Below are positions 30,498-40,969 of a stretch of DNA of 64,000 bases, one piece after another. This stretch comes from Nitrospirota bacterium. Lineage in GTDB: Bacteria; Nitrospirota; UBA9217. Positions within the stretch are counted from its first letter, which is position 1. The number at the start of each line of letters is the position of its first letter. Made by a program: the position numbers and the translations under genes. Under the pieces are notes generated by a model. It had not been told where the DNA came from, did no database searches, and saw only the letters and a list, made by a program, of their open reading frames with translations. The stretch spans positions 192,001-256,000 of the forward strand of contig CAWBNQ010000005.1 of NCBI GenBank assembly GCA_963790205.1, read 5' to 3'.

Positions 30498-30833
30498 TCA
30501 TTTTCCGTTCCCGTATTCCGTACTGAGATAATCGATGATCGTCTTCGAGTCCTCTTCATTGATCGGAGCGCCCATGACCTTGATCATCTTGTTGACCGTT
30601 GCGGTCCATTGCGCGCGGGGGAACAAAGGCTGCATGGTGATATAATCGAGGCTGTGGCAGATAGCGCAGAGTCCCGAGGTCTTTTCAACGCCCGGACCCG
30701 GCTTCAGCGTGGTTTTGATATCCGGAAGTTCAATGGAATGGACAGTTCCCTTCGGGGCCTGCTCCTGAGCTGAGAGAGCGCCTGGTGATACCGGCAGCAG
30801 CGACAACGCCAGCAGCAAGAAGAAACGTTTCAT
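30498..30833 (-). CDS. sorB: Monoheme cytochrome c (SorB-like)
   Basis: Signal peptide; CAICHSLDYI..QP...W...V.KM..V.GAP. Confidence 0.85.
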   Translation of the reverse strand: MKRFFLLLALSLLPVSPGALSAQEQAPKGTVHSIELPDIKTTLKPGPGVEKTSGLCAICHSLDYITMQPLFPRAQWTATVNKMIKVMGAPINEEDSKTIIDYLSTEYGNGK

Positions 30834-30843
30834 CTCCGACCTC

Positions 30844-32043
30844 CTATCGCACGGTAACGTCGACTTTTTCGACCTTGTTCCACAGATACCCCGCGGGGTT
30901 CCACGGGCCTTCGAACGGCTGCGACTCTCCGATGCTGTTCGTGGCCTTGGCCATGAGACGGTAGTTCCCGGCCCTTGTCGGCTTCCACGGGAGGGTCCAC
31001 TGGATCCAGGAATACTTGCCCAGGTCCTTTCCGAGTTTTGCTTCGCTCCAGGACCTGCCGCCGTCGGTGGAGACAACCACCTCTTTGATGCTGTAACCGC
31101 CGGAGAAGGCAATGCCGGTGATCTCCCGGGGTTTGTTCCTCGGAAGAGCGGCTCCGTCGGCCGGATCGATGATGAAGGACCGGGTCGTCATGCGATTGAC
31201 GGGGACGGTCTTCTTCGGCGTTGAACCCGGAGCCACGCACCCGCAGGGATTGTCGGGTATCCGGTAGGCCGTCTTGACCCAGAACCCCTCGAACGGGGAC
31301 GGCAAGACCGAGATCGTGCTCAGGGATTTGACCCAGTAGGTCGCATACCAGCCGGGAACGACGAGCCGCGCGGGGAAGCCGTTCAGCAGGGGTAGGGGCT
31401 TATTATTCATTTCGTAAGCAACGATAATATCTTCTTCCAAGGCCTTATCCACGGGCAGGCTCTTTACCAGGTCCGGCACCGTGGGAAGCGGCCCCTTGTC
31501 GAGCCCGTCGAAGCTCACGTCCACCGAACCGGCCTTGATCCCCGCCATGTTCAGGATGTCCTTGAGCCGCGCACCGGTCCAGGTGACATTTCCCATGGCC
31601 CCGTTCTGCCATTGACCTCCGATGACCCGGGGTTCGAAGAAGCTCCTGCTGTTGCCGGAGCACTGGATGACCGCCGTGTAAACGACCTTTTCGAATTTCG
31701 TCTTGAGGTCGTCCATCGAGAGCTGCAGTTCCTTGTCCGTGTTGCCGACAACGGCAAGACGCCAGGTAGCCATATCAACGGAGGTAGGGATGTCCGAAAT
31801 ATGCCACCGCACGAAAAGCTCGTCATTCGGAGTGATCAGTTTCGAAAAATAAGAAATCGGGGTTTCAAGCTGCGGCGGCCTGGCGGTAAGGAGATAGAGG
31901 TCCGTTTTCTCCGGAAACTTTGCCATTCTCCGGGGATCGGCTCCGGCGAATAGGTTCGCGGGAAACTCGCCGAGCGCGGTCATTGCGGTCATCATACTTG
32001 CGGCCTTGATGAACTTCCTTCGGGAAAACGATGGTATACTCAT
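30844..32043 (-). CDS. sorA: Sulfite oxidase-family molybdoenzyme (SorA-like), Tat-exported
   Basis: SRRKFIK, RPPQLETP, QCSGNSR, NGFP.RLVVPGWY..YWVK. Confidence 0.88.
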   Translation of the reverse strand: MSIPSFSRRKFIKAASMMTAMTALGEFPANLFAGADPRRMAKFPEKTDLYLLTARPPQLETPISYFSKLITPNDELFVRWHISDIPTSVDMATWRLAVVGNTDKELQLSMDDLKTKFEKVVYTAVIQCSGNSRSFFEPRVIGGQWQNGAMGNVTWTGARLKDILNMAGIKAGSVDVSFDGLDKGPLPTVPDLVKSLPVDKALEEDIIVAYEMNNKPLPLLNGFPARLVVPGWYATYWVKSLSTISVLPSPFEGFWVKTAYRIPDNPCGCVAPGSTPKKTVPVNRMTTRSFIIDPADGAALPRNKPREITGIAFSGGYSIKEVVVSTDGGRSWSEAKLGKDLGKYSWIQWTLPWKPTRAGNYRLMAKATNSIGESQPFEGPWNPAGYLWNKVEKVDVTVR

Positions 32044-32351
32044 AGAAGCCTCCTTCCTGAAGTTTCCTTAAAGGTCGTGCTCTATGTTTAGAGTATGGTA
32101 AGGGTTAAGTGGGTTGTCGCACCATCTGTCCGATTGTTGCGGATTGTTGTTGACCGTTTCGGCACTATGAAAACCAATTGAAGTTAACTATAGCTCAAAA
32201 TTCTCAAAGTTCAAGTTCCTGATCAAGAGCAAATAATACTTTATACACAGCAAGATCCGACGCCGGGAGCAACCGGTGAACGTGCATGGATGCCGGGAGA
32301 AGAGGGCTTTCCGACAGTAGGATTGGGCATACCGGGAGGCTGCGAGCCGTG

Positions 32352-32741
32352 ATGAAAGTTCTGAAAGCAGGCATACTCTATTTCGCGCTCGTATTCGGAG
32401 CGGGCTTCGTACTCGGGCCCATTCGCGTATTCTGGGCTGTCCCGCGTTTCGGTACGAGAATAGCCGAACTGATGGAGGCGCCCATCATGTTCGCGGTCGT
32501 CGTTGTCGCGGCCCGATGGATGGTCCGGCGGCTCGCTGTGCCACCAGCGCCATCAAGCCGTCTCGGCATGGGTTTCGTCGCGCTTGGCCTGCTTCTGGTC
32601 GCGGAAATTACACTGGGGTACCTGCTTTGGGGCCTTTCGATCACCAAGTTGATCGCCACCCGGGACCCTGTGTCGGGATCGGTCTACTACGCGCTGCTCG
32701 GGGTGTTTGCCGTCATGCCGTTTCTTTTGGCGCGAAAATAA
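32352..32741 (+). CDS. Hypothetical membrane protein
   Basis: Four hydrophobic segments; YFA.VF..GF.LG..R motif. Confidence 0.75.
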   Translation: MKVLKAGILYFALVFGAGFVLGPIRVFWAVPRFGTRIAELMEAPIMFAVVVVAARWMVRRLAVPPAPSSRLGMGFVALGLLLVAEITLGYLLWGLSITKLIATRDPVSGSVYYALLGVFAVMPFLLARK

Positions 32742-32783
32742 CACCGCTGTTCGCGCGCGGAGCACCTGTCTTCCCCTATATCA

Positions 32784-34214
<1,431 letters not shown>

Positions 34215-34237
34215 ATCCTCATGAATCCTTCTTACAA

Positions 34238-34263
34238 GGGCAGCCACGCAGGGCTGCCCCTAC
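34238..34263 (-). repeat. GTAG-type REP sequence
   Basis: GTAG-GGGCAGCC-CTGCGT-GGCTGCCC between archease and rtcB. Confidence 0.65.
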
Positions 34264-34271
34264 TCTGTCTT

Positions 34272-34682
34272 TCACACATCCACCACGCACTGCGCGACGA
34301 AGCGTCCATTTTCTTCAGCGACCTTCAAGAGGTGATACGTCGCGCCTTTTACCTCCACGTGCGGTTCATGCCGCTTCCTGTCAAGGGCCTCGCCCCAGGC
34401 TGTACCCTTAAGCGACGTTCCCGAAAATTTCACTTCAAACTTCGAGAATACCATGCGCTCGATGTCCGATAACGACAGGAGCGCATTCAGCCATTCAACG
34501 AACAGAAGTTCTCTGTCCGGAGCTGATGCGCTCACCGTCCTCTTCTCCTTCGGCTCGACCCGGTCGATGTTCACCATCACGGAATACAGAGCGATTGCGG
34601 AGTTCTCGAACGCCTCTTCCAGGCTGCGGCCGAAACCGCGTATGCCGATGTCCGCCTCGTGCTCAAAGGTTTCGTAGTTCAC
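34272..34682 (-). CDS. Archease
   Basis: FEHEADIGI, EVKGATYH, VVDV C-terminus. Confidence 0.93.
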   Translation of the reverse strand: MNYETFEHEADIGIRGFGRSLEEAFENSAIALYSVMVNIDRVEPKEKRTVSASAPDRELLFVEWLNALLSLSDIERMVFSKFEVKFSGTSLKGTAWGEALDRKRHEPHVEVKGATYHLLKVAEENGRFVAQCVVDV

Positions 34683-34714
34683 TCCTCACTCCGAACTCCT
34701 CACGCCTCGCGGCA

Positions 34715-35726
34715 TCATGACCACACCCCGTCAACCTTCGCCCCGCAGAATCCGCACTTTCCCTCTTTCACCCTGTTTTCCAGGACGCTGAACCCGATCC
34801 GCTTGACCAGTATCTTCCTGCAGCTCGGGCAGGAAGTGTCTTCTCCTTCTCCGGGGATGTTCCCTTCATAGACGTACCGGAGCCCCGCGTCAAGCCCGAT
34901 CTGCCGCGCGCGCGTGAGCGTGCCGGCCGGCGTTACCGGCTGGTCGGTCAATTTGTATGTCGGATGAAAGCGCGACACGTGCCACGGGACGTCTTCGCCC
35001 ACGGACTTGATGAACTCGGCGATCTTTTTAAGCTCGGCATCGGAATCATTGTGCCCGGGAATGACGAGGGTCGTTATCTCGATCCAGATCCCGAGCTCTT
35101 TGTAATGCCTGATCGCATCGAGCACGGGCTGGAGGCGGGCGCCGCAGACTTTTTTATAGAAGTCCTCGGAAAACCCCTTGAGATCGATGTTCGCGGCGTG
35201 AAGATACGGTCTGATCTTCTCGAGCGCTCCGGGAGTTATGTAGCCGTTGGTCACGAACACGTTCTTGAGCCCCGCTTCTACTGCGAGGCGCGCGGTATCG
35301 TAGGCAAGCTCGAAATAGATCGTGGGTTCGGTGTAGGTATAGGAGATGCTGGCGCAGCCCTGCCTTCGCGCGGCATCAACGATCGTCGTCCGGCGGAACA
35401 TTCTGTCCCAGGACAACGCCGCCATGGTCGCGCGGAAGCTGGGAAATGTCGGCGTTCTGACAGTGCAGACAGCGGAAGTTGCAGCCGGGAGTGGCGATGG
35501 AATAGGAAAGGCTGCCGGGGTGAAAATGAAAGAGGGGTTTTTTTTCTATGGGATCGATGTTCTGCGCAATGACTTTATCGTACACCAGGGTGTAGAGAAT
35601 GCCGTCCCTGTTTTCCCGCACCGCGCATATGCCTCGCTTTCCGCTGGAAATAAGGCACCGGTGGCTGCACAGGCCGCAGCGGACCTTGCCGCCCTCTTGA
35701 GCCTCCTGGAACATTGCTTGTTTCAA
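34715..35726 (-). CDS. amrS: AmmeMemoRadiSam radical SAM enzyme, split by an apparent +1 frameshift near 35390
   Basis: DPIEKKPLFHF.PG, GCNFRCLHCQN in one frame; YTYTEPTI, NIDLKGF, HVSRFHP, YVYEGN in the other. Confidence 0.85.
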
Positions 35727-35802
35727 TGCTCTGCGCCTCGCCCGTAGTCAGGCGGCTATACCGCCCCTTGCAGAAAAACACGATGAGAGGGACCTGCCGG
35801 CG

Positions 35803-36582
35803 TTAAAGAGAACCGCTTTGTCCGAGCTTTTCACCCTTGAACTTATGCTCCACGGCCTCGGCCTGGATCCTGGTCTTGCAGTTGGTACAGATGATGTCCG
35901 GAGACGGTTTCCCGCACACGATACAGCGGCGGTCCGGTCCGACCTGGACGCCCTCGGCCTGAAAGATCATCTCCAGGAATTCGCTTTCCGTTACGTGGCC
36001 GTCCATGTGCAGGTTCACGCCGAAAATGGTCTTGGGGAGGGTCTTGATCGAATGCTTCCTGATGAGGTCGGGAAAATCACTCGCGATGATAATATCGGCA
36101 ACGATCAGATCGCTCGCGAAGGCAAGGCCGATCGCGGTCTCGGCCACGGGCCGGCACAGGGGGCAGTCGCTTTCCACGAAGACCTGGATGCCCACTTCCC
36201 GTTCCAAATGGCTGAGGGCGCGGCGGATATTTTCGGGAAACCAGATCTTGTTGTCCGACAGCGACAGGACGACGTCCAGGAGGATCTGTAGGAAAACGTC
36301 TTCGAGGAGCCCGTAAAACCTCACCATGCGGCCGTCACTGCCCTGGACGACGACAGCGGGAACGTACTTTATGCCGTACTGTTCCGATTTGTCACGGTCC
36401 ATGACCTGATCATACACCTCCAGGGCGATCTTCGGCGACCGCGCCTTGATGGCGCGGGCCAGGCCCAACGCCTCGGGGCACGTTTCGCATCCCGCATCGC
36501 GCGTAAACAGTATCAGGCGAACAGGATTTTTCATGTGCATCAGGCTGTGTTGCATGGCATTCAGCAGGTTTTCGTCGATCAT
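35803..36582 (-). CDS. Protein-disulfide oxidoreductase (double thioredoxin fold) with a C-terminal zinc finger
   Basis: CETC and CPLC motifs, YVP; CIVC...CTNC tail. Confidence 0.8.
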   Translation of the reverse strand: MIDENLLNAMQHSLMHMKNPVRLILFTRDAGCETCPEALGLARAIKARSPKIALEVYDQVMDRDKSEQYGIKYVPAVVVQGSDGRMVRFYGLLEDVFLQILLDVVLSLSDNKIWFPENIRRALSHLEREVGIQVFVESDCPLCRPVAETAIGLAFASDLIVADIIIASDFPDLIRKHSIKTLPKTIFGVNLHMDGHVTESEFLEMIFQAEGVQVGPDRRCIVCGKPSPDIICTNCKTRIQAEAVEHKFKGEKLGQSGSL

Positions 36583-36753
36583 AAGAGAGGCTCCGTCCCG
36601 GTTAATGGTTACTATTGAAACCTGTATTCTAGTATAGCAAATTTGCGGAATAATCGTCATAAAATCCCGGCAACACAAGAAAAAACTTGACCGCAATGAC
36701 CGAATTGCTATAATGCCGTTACGACTGAAATAAAGTCCGGGGAGGGTAAGGTC

Positions 36754-37071
36754 ATGAAATGGATCATTGTCTCCATTCTTTCACTCAGTGTCATGTTTCC
36801 GTTGATCGCGGCGGCGGAAAAAGTGGGCGGCGGAGATCTCACGTTCAGGCCGAAAAATGCCGGACCGGTATTATTCAGCCATGAGATACATGTAAGCAAA
36901 AAAGGCCTCAAATGCACGGGTTGCCACTACCAGATCTTTCAGATGGCGCAAGGCTCGTACAAAATGGACATGTCAAAGATAACCAAGGGATATTTTTGCG
37001 GCAAATGCCATAACGGCCAGAAGGCCTTTGATGTAAGCGACAAGAAAAACTGCATACGGTGCCATAAATAA
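36754..37071 (+). CDS. Triheme c7-type cytochrome
   Basis: Signal peptide; V.FSH..H, CTGCH, CGKCH, CIRCH. Confidence 0.9.
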   Translation: MKWIIVSILSLSVMFPLIAAAEKVGGGDLTFRPKNAGPVLFSHEIHVSKKGLKCTGCHYQIFQMAQGSYKMDMSKITKGYFCGKCHNGQKAFDVSDKKNCIRCHK

Positions 37072-37178
37072 CCGCTGTCGTCACGATAAGGAAGCAGCAT
37101 GGTCAAAACAATCAGCGCTCTCCCGTCGTCCCTGCTGTTGTCCTTTGCTTCACGGAGACGAACTTGGTTCCTTAATAA

Positions 37179-37886
37179 CTAAGACAACCGTAACAGCTCC
37201 TCGGCAACCTCCTGGGGCCGCGAGACCATCATATCATGCCCCGCATCGAGCTCAACGGGCTTTACTCCCAGCCGCTCGGCAAATCCCCGCGTCAGTTCCG
37301 GCGGCAGGGCTTTGTCCCGCAGACCCATAATGTAGGTCCTCGGTATTTTCAGGACGGAGAAGCGCTTTAATGAGATTTTTTCGAAAAAGACCGCAAGAGG
37401 CTGAGAGGTGAGCTGCCTGAGGTAAAAATCCTTGTCCGCGCCTTCCTGGTCCGTAAAGTAGTTCGGCCTCAGGGCCTCCAGGGGACCGAACAGCTCCGTT
37501 GCTTTTCCTTCCAGCTTGCGGAGCGACTCCTGACGTTCTTTCGTGAGCAGATCGATAAGCGCGTCGCCGTCTTGCGGAACGACCGCTGCGAGGTAGACGA
37601 GATGCCGGATGCGCTCCGCTGCTTCCTCGGCCGCTTTGCTGATAATGATCCCCGACATGCTATGGCCCACCAGGATCAGGTCCGAAAGGTCCCGCTTCTT
37701 GATATAGGAGACGACATCGTTAATATAGGCGCTCATGGTCACGCCTGCCCGTTCGGCCGCCCGTTTCCCGTGACCGGGAAGATCGTAGGCGATTACCGTT
37801 GCTCCGCCCTTTTCCAACAGCGGTATAAGCCTGTCCCACAGCCATGCTCCCCGCATGGCGCCGTGAAGTAAGAGATAGGTTTTCAT
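37179..37886 (-). CDS. Alpha/beta hydrolase (esterase-like)
   Basis: LHGA..GAW.W, DLPGHG, GHSMSG, GHD. Confidence 0.9.
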   Translation of the reverse strand: MKTYLLLHGAMRGAWLWDRLIPLLEKGGATVIAYDLPGHGKRAAERAGVTMSAYINDVVSYIKKRDLSDLILVGHSMSGIIISKAAEEAAERIRHLVYLAAVVPQDGDALIDLLTKERQESLRKLEGKATELFGPLEALRPNYFTDQEGADKDFYLRQLTSQPLAVFFEKISLKRFSVLKIPRTYIMGLRDKALPPELTRGFAERLGVKPVELDAGHDMMVSRPQEVAEELLRLS

Positions 37887-38034
37887 GGTTCAAGACCCCG
37901 AGCTGCTGACTTCACCGCTCCTCTTGTGTGTTCTCATGAACCGAAACGATCAACAAATGCGTATTGTACCGTGCCTCTGACAAGAAGTAATCGCTCGATT
38001 GTCCTGTGGCCGGCTCATAGGGGTTTAAGCAACT

Positions 38035-38739
38035 TTATTGATTTTTTATCGACTGTTGTACGCTGCGCAACATGCTGCACCCCTGAGGGTCCCTTAAGTT
38101 GCACGCCTTTTGGAAATCCGAAAGAGCAAGCACTTTGTTGCCGGTATTAAGGTAGAGGTTTCCCCGGGAAATATAAGCTTCTGCATACCTGTCATCTAAT
38201 TCGATTGCTCTATTTATATCATTGAATGCCCGGCCATACTCCCCGATGATTGAATATACAAGCCCTCGTTTGTAGTATGCGAAAGAATTAATTGGGTTAA
38301 TGACAATAGACTTATTAAATTGTTCTATCGCTTTATCGAGCAAACCAAGGTTTCCATATACCATGCCTTTATTATTGTAGGCCTTATAGTAACCCGGGTA
38401 TAAAGAAATAGCCTCATCGAAATCTGAGATTGCTTTCTCAAACCGACCGATTTCGGCATAAGCAAGTCCTCGATTATAGTAGGCCTTATAATTAGACGGA
38501 TCAAGGGCGTTTGCCCTCTGATACAGCTCAATAGCTTTTTCATATTGCTTTTTATCAGCGTAGAACATTCCCAGGTTATCATACGCCCTTGATTTATTAT
38601 GGCTCTTTTTTAAAACATCCTCCCATAACGTACCTTCATTTTTCCACACGGCATTGCGCATATAGGTAGTACCCAGGAGAGCAAAAAGGACGACGATCAT
38701 CATGATAAGCGCTGCAGGATTATTTCTGTTGGAAATCAT
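38035..38739 (-). CDS. Membrane-anchored TPR-repeat protein
   Basis: TM, RN.VW....LWED, multiple AY.NRG TPR repeats; AT-rich; start uncertain. Confidence 0.85.
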   Translation of the reverse strand: MISNRNNPAALIMMIVVLFALLGTTYMRNAVWKNEGTLWEDVLKKSHNKSRAYDNLGMFYADKKQYEKAIELYQRANALDPSNYKAYYNRGLAYAEIGRFEKAISDFDEAISLYPGYYKAYNNKGMVYGNLGLLDKAIEQFNKSIVINPINSFAYYKRGLVYSIIGEYGRAFNDINRAIELDDRYAEAYISRGNLYLNTGNKVLALSDFQKACNLRDPQGCSMLRSVQQSIKNQ

Positions 38740-38871
38740 TGTCGAACTCGGGGATTTTTCATCCTCAAACAAGAATTTTGATTAACTATTTCAAATTTTT
38801 CACAAATATATTTGCTTGAGAAGTATGTCAACAGCGGTGATCAGTGTCACTATTCCCATCATTTGGCCAAA

Positions 38872-39162
38872 ATGGCCACGGCATGCTTCCCCTCCACGAT
38901 TGGCCTGCAGTTGCTTCCCCACGCGTTCTGCACAGCTTCAAAAAACAAAAAGTCGTTAAGAATATAAGATAATTTTTTCACGATTCCACTATTGGCCAAA
39001 GGATGCTTCCCCTCTAAGCTTGGCCAAAGGATGCTTCCCCTGTCTCATACGAATCGTAAAAGCGAACTGTATGTGTTGAATAAATCAAGAACAGCAGCAG
39101 GTTCATGCACTATTGGCCAAAAGATGCTTCCCCTCAAGGCACAGCCGATAGATGCTTCTTCC
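38872..39162 (+). repeat. Three pairs of ~22-bp direct repeats, consensus TTGGCCAAAGGATGCTTCCCCT
   Basis: Copies start near 38872/38900, 38992/39020 and 39113/39141; 28-bp spacing within pairs, 120-121 bp between pairs. Confidence 0.85.
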
Positions 39163-39164
39163 GT

Positions 39165-39418
39165 TTTCAGGGTTGGGTTTTAACAAGAGGATCCAGTTAA
39201 TCTGCCCGGCTACTTGCCCACTTGATCCATAAATCCAATTCGCTGCCAGCTTCAATCTTTCCATATCTTTTGATTGCTTCCTTTGTTACTGCCTTAACAT
39301 ATTCACGGATCAGCTTGCTTTTGCTCCAGTTGTCGGCTTCTTCTAAAAGGGCATCCAGCTTTGCCTGTTCTTTTTTGGACAACTTTGCAAAGGAGTAGGT
39401 GTAATTATCGCTTGTCAT
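39165..39418 (-). pseudogene. C-terminal remnant of an island-associated hypothetical protein
   Basis: ...W.KWA...AD*LDPL: TAA interrupts an AD-x-LDPL motif. Confidence 0.5.
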
Positions 39419-39456
39419 TTCAGAGCTCGGTAGTCAGAATACTGTTTGTTTAACTT

Positions 39457-40401
39457 TCACATACTGAGTTGCTTTTTGAATTCAGCTAGTGAATGAACAT
39501 AGCGTCGGCTACCAGCATTTTCAGCCGCTTGCAAAATAGCCTTGTCAGTAGATACAAGATGTAACTCTTTATTATCGTCACCTATCATCTGCCCAACGCC
39601 AAATGCGATCTGCATATCCCAAATCCAATTTCTTCGTTCCGGCTTATCTATATTACAACCTGTTTCGACAATCCTTTTTAGTATTTCGCGATAAAGCTGT
39701 ATTGATGTATTAAATTTACCTGAGATCCATTTGGCTTTGGCAGTTATATCGGTTGCGGATTCGTTTCGTTTTGCTTGAACCATTGCTTTTATCACGAAGG
39801 CATGCGCAATGAATGAAGGCATTCCCCTTGAATTAATAGACTCCAGCACAACATTGCGGGTTGATTTATCATTTTCAAGAGGAGCCCACCCGGTCGTCGC
39901 TGGCTTGAGCTGTTGAACGACATACTGCCACATATCTGATACGAATTGAGTTTCAATTTGATCGAGGTGTGACTTTAGCTGCTTGCATTCAATGATTCTT
40001 TTTTCGTCTAGGACACCAGGAGTATTCTCATATATATAACGTGAAAGCTTCGCCAATTGTTCAGTTGTAGTGCTTGATTCAGGAAGGATAATATTGTAAA
40101 GGGCCTTCAAAACCAATGATTCAGAATCCATTATTGTTTTGAGCTGTTCGCCTGAAGAAATAGAACACACATGGTGTTGCGCTCTAAGAGCTAAGCGACA
40201 TTCATCATAATCTGGATCAGTTGTGTCGGCCAAGTGAGCAGCAAGCTCCATCAACACAAAGGGACTTGCATACGCGCCTATATTACGCGATTTCATCGCA
40301 ACTAAGTATTTTTCTATTTCAGCGATCGGGTCTATAACACTGTTTTTGTCTGATATATCGCGATATACGTTTGTGTCGAGCACTACAGCAATGTTATTCA
40401 T
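39457..40401 (-). CDS. PIN-like domain protein
   Basis: VVLDTNV, SPFVLMEL, N...D.QI, LVSTDKAI acidic PIN pattern with a large insertion. Confidence 0.65.
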   Translation of the reverse strand: MNNIAVVLDTNVYRDISDKNSVIDPIAEIEKYLVAMKSRNIGAYASPFVLMELAAHLADTTDPDYDECRLALRAQHHVCSISSGEQLKTIMDSESLVLKALYNIILPESSTTTEQLAKLSRYIYENTPGVLDEKRIIECKQLKSHLDQIETQFVSDMWQYVVQQLKPATTGWAPLENDKSTRNVVLESINSRGMPSFIAHAFVIKAMVQAKRNESATDITAKAKWISGKFNTSIQLYREILKRIVETGCNIDKPERRNWIWDMQIAFGVGQMIGDDNKELHLVSTDKAILQAAENAGSRRYVHSLAEFKKQLSM

Positions 40402-40476
40402 TTACTCCATCCTTTTGCTAATCAGGCAATTTAAATTAATTGTATTTAGTCGAGTCAAGAGAGCACCGATATGGGA

Positions 40477-40962
40477 CTAGAGTAAATACTCTGTCACGCT
40501 AACACCTTGCAACTTCTCAGGAAGGACATTTAGTGATAGAAAAAATCGAGCAAGTACCACGCGATGGTTGCCGTCTTCAATAAAGTAGTCGTTACCCACT
40601 TTAAAAAAACTCAGTTGATCCTTCGGCGTACGGCTAAGATAGTAGCCTGGATTTGAATGAAGCTCCTTTAACCTTTCCCAGCCTCTTTTCAGGCGACCTT
40701 CTAGCCCACTGAGAGTCCTATTGCAGTTGTCTTCCTCTGTGTAGAGACGATAATCCGAAGGTAAGAGCTCTAACCAGGAATAGCCAGCATAATCACCGTG
40801 TGTCGTGCCGACCACTGCGGATAGAGGTACTGTCCCAGCCTTTATACGGTTAGAGCTTTGATCAAGATATTTTGTGTGATCAAAACTCAATACCTTATTG
40901 AAGGCGAAGTCAGGTGGCCCTTGATTCTCAAGCAATTTGTGGATATCTGGATCGCATATCAT
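40477..40962 (-). CDS. ParB/sulfiredoxin-like protein
   Basis: VPLSAVVGT and YFIEDGNHRV motifs; start uncertain. Confidence 0.6.
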   Translation of the reverse strand: MICDPDIHKLLENQGPPDFAFNKVLSFDHTKYLDQSSNRIKAGTVPLSAVVGTTHGDYAGYSWLELLPSDYRLYTEEDNCNRTLSGLEGRLKRGWERLKELHSNPGYYLSRTPKDQLSFFKVGNDYFIEDGNHRVVLARFFLSLNVLPEKLQGVSVTEYLL

Positions 40963-40969
40963 TAGTTTT

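Noticed and set aside
34679..34710. ACTCCTC/ACTCCGA heptamer tandem (also 9-mer repeats near 620-655)
   Set aside because: Short low-complexity intergenic repeats with no supportable function
38872..39162. CRISPR array
   Set aside because: Gaps alternate between ~6 and ~70 nt, the repeats are degenerate, and no cas genes are present
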